This document shows positions 57,301 through 64,000 of a stretch of 64,000 nt of DNA, piece after piece. Below the pieces are notes generated by a model. The model had not been told where the DNA came from and made no database searches. It saw nothing but the letters and a program-made list of their open reading frames with translations. Numbering within the stretch: position 1 is the stretch's first letter; each line of letters opens with the position of its first letter. The DNA is from Octopus vulgaris. Its lineage: Eukaryota. The position numbers were made by a program, and so were the translations under genes. The stretch is taken from assembly GCA_951406725.2 (NCBI GenBank), contig OX597830.1:14384001-14448000 (forward strand), given 5' to 3'.

Positions 57301-58610
57301 GGTGACTCCTCAGTCGTTCTGTCCCTGCGTCTGCGGACAATCTGCGGCAAACAGGATGTCTCTACATGCGGGATTGTTGGGGACCGCTTGTGAAATTCAT
57401 ATTCCCACGAAACGGTTCGAGATGCCTCGAGGGTGGTAGAAGAAGCCGACTCAACTAGCCCAGGGTGAATGTCGCCACAAGTCCAAGTAAGTAAGTTACT
57501 CGATGACGAATGCCTCTTTTGCCGAACATGAGAAAACCTACTTAATACTTCCTGCAAGTTTCCTGCTAGCTGTCCTAAAGTTTTAATACACTTAGGTTTG
57601 TTTCACATTTGTAGAGACCTGAGGTATGTCCATCATTGAATTTTATTATTCTGAGGTCAATAAATCGATTATTTGAACTATTGTCTGCAACAAAATGTTT
57701 CGTCGAGAGCGTCTTTCTAATATTGAACTGTAGCCTATTTTAACAGCTTTAAATCGATTAGGTCATAAAACAATGATTTTTAACTGCTTCCATCTAAACT
57801 AACACAAAAACAAGTGTTCAAAGAATAAGTAATTCACTAACACCATCCGCATCAAAAACAATAATGAAGTTATTGGTAATACAGTCAATATTGAGTTATT
57901 TATTTTGTAAGCTATACTATTCTCCTATGTTAACCAATATACAATCCTATACATTTACATAGTGTTCGCTTATCTTTTCTGCAGCGTCTACAATGAAGGA
58001 TTTGCTTTGCTTATGAGATCTTAATAAGACTGAATCTTGTTCATAGATTCCTCTTTACTTGCCGAAATACGAAAGCCCTTGACTACATTGTTTGTTTAGT
58101 TGTTTGAATGTACTATGTAGTGAATATATGAACACTTAGCAATAATATCTATTCATAAAATATATGGCTTGTAATTGGTGATTTAATAACATTTTACAGG
58201 TTATCAAAGACAACCGTCGCTGATCAAAGCAACTACTGCTGATGACCATAAACCGCTGATAATGTTAACACTCTGCTGATGTTAAGTAGTATATCAATGA
58301 TAATATCTCCCCTTACACTGTAAACGTTTGCCAGTATTTCTCTGTTTCTATTCGATTAATTCTCACTATTGCTAATGTTTCAGTGCAAATACTGTCCTTC
58401 CTTTATTTATTATCATAGAAAAACCCCTCGCTTTACTATTTACAACTGTTTTACTTTTAGTTGCTGCTTCCATCAGTAGTTTCTGCCCTTCTTTTTTTAT
58501 TAATGCTCCCTAGTGGTAGATATGTTTTTAATGGGGTTTCAAAAGCTACTAATTGAAAAAAAGGCTACCAATTGAAAAAACATACATACATACATACATA
58601 CATACATGCA

Positions 58611-58643
<33 letters not shown>

Positions 58644-58989
58644 GTGCGGGTTATTCATTAATTTGTGAAGTAAGTTTATGTTAACGATTTGTAGTCAAAT
58701 TATCATGGAGTTATATCGGATTTAGATAGAGTAATAAATGTGTAGAATCCAGACCTGAAGATTGTGAGTACGTCGATCTAATTGAGTATTGAAACTAGAG
58801 ACCTTATATCTCAACAATACCGACATAGTCATGAAACACGTGTTGTCTTAAAAATGGGAAGTATGGGATTCTGAACAGATATAGTATCATATTTAATATT
58901 TTATGGCTCGGTCGGGTATAATATCTTTTAATATTGAGTTGAGGGTGGTTCTGTCTCTAAAACTACTTTTACTTATATGAATAAAATAT

Positions 58990-59388
58990 TGAGGGAAAAT
59001 GATACGATCGAGAAGGTGAATGACAATGACCCCTTTGTGTGTTCAGTATGTGAGAGGCCATGCCTTTCTATTGATGGGCTCAAATCTCATTCGCGATCCC
59101 ATGGAAAACGAACCTCCACCAATTCTGCGTATATGTCAGTGCACACCCTTGAATGCAGTGTATGCTAGAAGGTTTGGAAATCTGACGGAGGCCTCAAAAA
59201 ACATTTTAAGATCCACAAAGATCAAAACTTATCTGCAGCTTTTGGTGTGCTCCAAATCGGATGTGCAATCTATGTGGGTGTCTTTTCAGAACATTGTCTG
59301 GTTTAAGAAGCCACATCAGACCCCATGATGGTACTAAGGCGTAGATACAGGAGGTGGTCAAACTCTACATAAGGAGAAGATAAACACC
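58990..59388 (+). mobile_element. 3' end of a probable RTE-clade LINE with three C2H2 zinc fingers (disrupted)
   Basis: CSVCERPCLSIDGLKSHSRSH, CSVC*KVWKSDGGLKKHFKIH, then after a frameshift CNLCGCLFRTLSGLRSHIRPH; short 3' UTR, then (TA)n. Confidence 0.7.
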
Positions 59389-59701
59389 ATATATATATAT
59401 ATATATATATGCATATATATATGTTGTTCCACTCATTGAACCGCAGCCATACTGAGGTACCACTTCAAGATTTAGTTGACAAAATTCACACCAGTACATA
59501 ATCTATCGGTGACTATTGCCGAATTAATAAGTTAACATAAGTTACCGCAACCATACGAAGAATAATTATCAGGCGGTAAGTCGACAAGCAGACAGGCACA
59601 GACTCATACTCATGTTCCACTAGCGTGCGCGCACTTACACCTACACACGTACACACACACACACATATATATGCATATATAGATAGTTGTATGAATATAC
59701 A

Positions 59702-59740
<39 letters not shown>

Positions 59741-59744
<4 letters not shown>

Positions 59745-61857
59745 AAGCATTGGTTATAGAACATACAATAAATTTGGGTCAACGACTTTACACAAAACAC
59801 CACACTTCAAACATTTAATCATATATAAAAATCACTAAAGTTTTCCAACATATAGAAAATAATACATATACATAAAATTACAGAAGGTAAAAATATCTGA
59901 TCGAATAAAATACAAATAGAACAGCCTATCAAAATGTTGAATATATACGACTAAAAATTCATGAACGACCAAAAAGCCTAATAGACAAATATAAAATAAA
60001 CAAAATATATAAAAATAAAATATATAAAATATATAAAATTAAAATAAAATAAATGTCCACCACTAAAAACCTTTTTATCAGACGATTAAAATATTAAATT
60101 TTAAAAAAAAATTAATATTTGAAAAGTCATACTTCCCTCACACAAGTACGTCCAAAGTTCATATGTAAACAGACTTCCACAAGCCAAATTCACATACATC
60201 TGGAAAAAAGTCTTTTACTTCCCTCACACAAATGCATCCAAATGTTCATAACAAACAGACTCCGCAAGTCAAATTCAACATTCACATATATCTATGGCTA
60301 TTTCAAAACTAAAATCTCATATCTACCTAACACGAGATTTAAAAACAAGATGGCTGGTCTACCACCTGACCATGTCGTGGTTGGTCGGGAAAAATGCAAT
60401 AGATTACCTGATTGCAACCAAAATAAGCCATTGGTTAGAAACGTATTTAAAGAGGTTGGGAATAGGTATAAGAAGCGAACTAGTGATTGTAGGGAGATAA
60501 GTAAAACCAAGAGCTCACGTTCTAGAAGAAGAGAAATAATATGGTTCACGCCCCCTTTTTCTCTTAGAGTAAGAAATTTGCCAAAGATGTTTTTTTAGGA
60601 TTCTGGGGAAGAATTTTCCAAAGGGTCATAAATACTACAGCATTTACAATAAGTCTTCTATCAAGTTCTCTTACTCAGTAATGCCAAATTTGGCCTCCAT
60701 TATTGCATCTATAAACTGAAGCAAGTTAAATAGGCAAGGGTACTGGAGATGTTCTTCTGATAGAAACCCCGGTTCTGGGCAGGTAAGTTCTGATACGCCT
60801 AAGGTTAGTGATGCCAACATTTTGCTCCCACCGGGTGTATCGAAGCCCAGTAAAGAGAGATGTGAAGGAGTGAATATGGGAAACCTGCCAAGTACTGTTA
60901 GTAAGTAGATATAAGGTTAGGGACGGTCTTGGGAAATCATGTAATTGTAGAAACCCTGGATTATGTCCCCTTGATGGGTTCTGTCTAATTACTAATGCAA
61001 TTTATAAATGCATTGTTAAGGATGAGGATAATTTATATAAGTTTTATATAGCTAGTGCAGTAAATTTTAAGGTTAAGTATAGGGCCCACATGAACTCGTT
61101 TTCAAACGAAAAATACTGTAGCTCTAACACACTTGCATCTTATATAAACGATCTGAAGAGGAATAATAAGAGTTATTCTCTGGAATGGTCCGTTATTTAG
61201 AGAGTCCCTTCAGAGTAAATATAAATAAGTGTAAGTTGTGTGTAAAAGAATCCCTCGCGATCCTTAAGTCTTTTGGGCCCAAAACTTTGAATATATTTAC
61301 TGAGGTGATTCCTTTTCGCAACCATAGGTTTTTGTCCGTCTTTTTGAAAGTATATATTAATAAAAGCAGATGTAATAAAATTGTTTAGGGTGACGGGGAT
61401 TTGGAACTGGTGAGGTTAAATTTTCTGTTAACTACAGCCACCCTTGTGTTGATTTCTCTGTTAAATTATATAAGCTTTTCATGAAAAGTATAAACTTTTC
61501 ATAAAAAAGTCTTGATCTGTGCGTGTTCTGTTTCCTGCTTATCCTGAGAAGGAGGTCATCGCCGTGAGGCACTTTAATGTAAATGAACTGCAGTGGGGAG
61601 CCCCCGAAATGGCCATAGATATATGGGGATGTTGAATTTGACTTGTGGAGTCTGTTTATTATGAACCTTTGGATGTACTTCTGTGAGGGAAGTAAAAAAC
61701 TTTTTCAAATATAAAATTTTTTTAATTTAATATTTTCAACGTCTGATAAAACTTTTTTGTCGGTGGACATTTGTCTTATTTTATTTTATCTTTATATATT
61801 TTATATTTGTCTATTAGGTTTTTAGTAGTTTATGAATTTTTAGTCGTGTATATTTCA
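59741..61857 (+). mobile_element. 5'-truncated Penelope-like element: inverted pLTR, RT thumb/GIY-YIG pseudogene, pLTR
   Basis: RRREIIWFTPPFS...NFPKGHKYYSIYNKSSIKFSYSVMPNLASII; CNCRNPGLCPLDGFCLITNAIYKCIV...FYIASA..FKVKYRAH...CKLCVKESLAI. 59938-60304 is the inverted copy of 61606-61857. Confidence 0.88.
61540..61621 (+). ncRNA. Degenerate hammerhead motif in the Penelope pLTR
   Basis: TATC-CTGAGAA-GGAGG...CCCCC-GAAAT-ggcc-ATA-GATA; helix I TATC/GATA, palindromic ATGGCCAT helix III, G8 replaced by A. Confidence 0.6.
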
Positions 61858-61864
61858 CTTAAAG

Positions 61865-62018
61865 GGTTTTAGTTGAATAAATAGACCCCAGGACTAATTT
61901 TTTTAAAGCTGAGTACTTATTCGTGAAGTTCTTTTGTCGAACCGTTAAGTTACGGGGACATTGACACGCCAACGCTTGTCGTCAAGTGGTGGGGGACAAA
62001 CACAGACACAATGAAACA

Positions 62019-62076
<58 letters not shown>

Positions 62077-62462
62077 ACAAGTTTCTGTCAGTTTCTGTCT
62101 AGCAAATCCACTCACAAAGTTTTGTTCGAGCCGAGGCTAGAGCGATAGACTCTTACCCAAGGTGTCAAGCAATGAGACTGAACCTAGAACTATGTGGTAG
62201 GGAGGCAAGCTTCTTGTCACACAACCACACCACATATAATATAATATGATATAATATAATATAATATAATAATAATATAATATAATAATAATATAATATA
62301 ATATAATACAATATAATATAATATATATATATATATAAATATACATATATATATATATATACATATATACCTCTATATCTATAAATATATATATATATAT
62401 ACATTCGTACATACATACATACACACACAAAATGCAACGTGCACACACTCAAACGCATGGAG

Positions 62463-62511
<49 letters not shown>

Positions 62512-62665
62512 AGTTTCTGTCAGTTTCTGTCTACCGAATTCACTCACAAGGCTTTGATCGACCCAAGGCTAGAGTAGAAGACACATGCCCAAAGTGTCAG
62601 GCAGAGGAACTGAACACGGAACCACGTGTCCGGGAAGCAAGCTTTGTATCACACAGCCACAACCA
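61865..62665 (-). mobile_element. Two diverged SINE family A copies (61865-62232 and 62510-62665)
   Basis: Match consensus; both share AAGTTTCTGTCAGTTTCTGTCTA, suggesting local duplication. Confidence 0.75.
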
Positions 62666-62949
62666 GATGCACCGCCCCCGCCACCACTCGTCACCTTCTT
62701 ACTTCCATCAATTCTACTTCCCAGACATGCTCTCTTCTTCCTTTACTTCCGATTTTATCACATCTACCCTCCATGCTATTCCCATCTTCCTGTTTTATTT
62801 TTTTAATCGGTGCTGCAAAACCTAGTATCCAGGGCCATTCGCCCGTATTCATACTGACACGAACAATCATACAAAAGATACTAACGCACGGAAGAAAAGT
62901 CATACATACACATGCTTATACTTACAGACATGCATACTTACAGACAAGC

Positions 62950-63007
62950 ATATATATATATATATATATATATATTATTATATATATGCATGCGTATGAT
63001 CGTGGGG

Positions 63008-63078
<71 letters not shown>

Positions 63079-63346
63079 CATGCATGCTTACACATATATA
63101 CGCATGAACATGTATACATACATAAATATGCATAAATAATACATATGCGCGTACATACGTGCATGCATACACACAAACACACACGCATATATATATAAAT
63201 GCACATACATATATCCTCAATACATACATACACACACATACATGCATATATACATACACACATACATGCATATATACATACACACATACATACATACATA
63301 CATACATACATACATACATACATACATACATACATACATACATACA

Positions 63347-63378
<32 letters not shown>

Positions 63379-63380
63379 CA
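62950..63380. repeat. (TA)n/(CA)n/(CATA)n microsatellites
   Basis: Visible runs. Confidence 0.95.
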
Positions 63381-64000
63381 CGGACACCCTCACACATGTA
63401 CAACCGAATATTCAAAACCAGACTTCCGTACATATTCCTCAACTCGCAGGAAGAAAAAAAAAACACTCACATGCAAGCGTATATATTTAATTCTTTTAAT
63501 TCTGTGGTACATTTGGAAATATTACTGTTTTCGGCCATGCTGGAGTATCTGTGCATTTAATTTTCCATTTGTTTTGTTATTGTATTTCTGATATATATTT
63601 ATATAATTACATTAATACATTCTTTCACTCGGAGATTGACTCGTATGTTCGAAGCTTTCCCAGTTTTATATGCAAACTCTGTCAATCCCTCTAAGTCACA
63701 CTATTCTCTCACAGATCAGGGAAGGGATACATATATAATCTGGCATGTGTACTCTAATCCTGAAAAAAAAAACCAAAAAAAAAAAGAAACAAAAATAAAA
63801 ATAAAAGAAATGACATTTTTACATGTAAAATAAATTCAACAAAATATGAATTTCAATCATGTAAATTACGAATTACTAATCCCAGAACGAAATGGGGAAG
63901 ACATTACAATATTCTATTTCTATCCATATCTTCCCTTTCACAATTAATATTTTGTCGAAAAATTTCTTAAACTTCTGATTCATATTTTAAGAATGCAAGA

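Noticed and set aside
57960-58260. Candidate splice acceptors (TTTTCTGCAG, TTTTACAG)
   Set aside because: Followed by early stops or no matching donor; such motifs are expected by chance in AT-rich DNA.

Overview
AT-rich, microsatellite-saturated animal genomic DNA with no recognisable intact host gene. Most ORFs in the supplied track are translations of (TA)n/(CA)n/(GAT)n/(ACC)n repeats. The repeat content resembles octopus/cephalopod DNA (inferred from recalled repeat families, not from a database search). The window is a nested collection of decayed mobile elements: tRNA-headed SINEs (several modular families, one six-unit tandem array), fragments of CR1-, RTE-, L1/Tx1- and I/Jockey-like LINEs, Penelope-like elements (RT and GIY-YIG remnants with inverted pseudo-LTRs), Tc1, mariner, pogo/Tigger and rosa-like transposase remnants, Helitron-type non-autonomous elements, and MITEs with internal TTAGGG repeats. 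The most notable hidden layer is a dense set of minimal hammerhead-ribozyme motifs: about 9 in 64 kb from at least 6 unrelated sequence families, most beside or within simple-repeat tracts. They include intact cores, a compensatory U3-A8 core variant and a family-level A6U variant. All calls come from manual reading and translation; boundaries are approximate.
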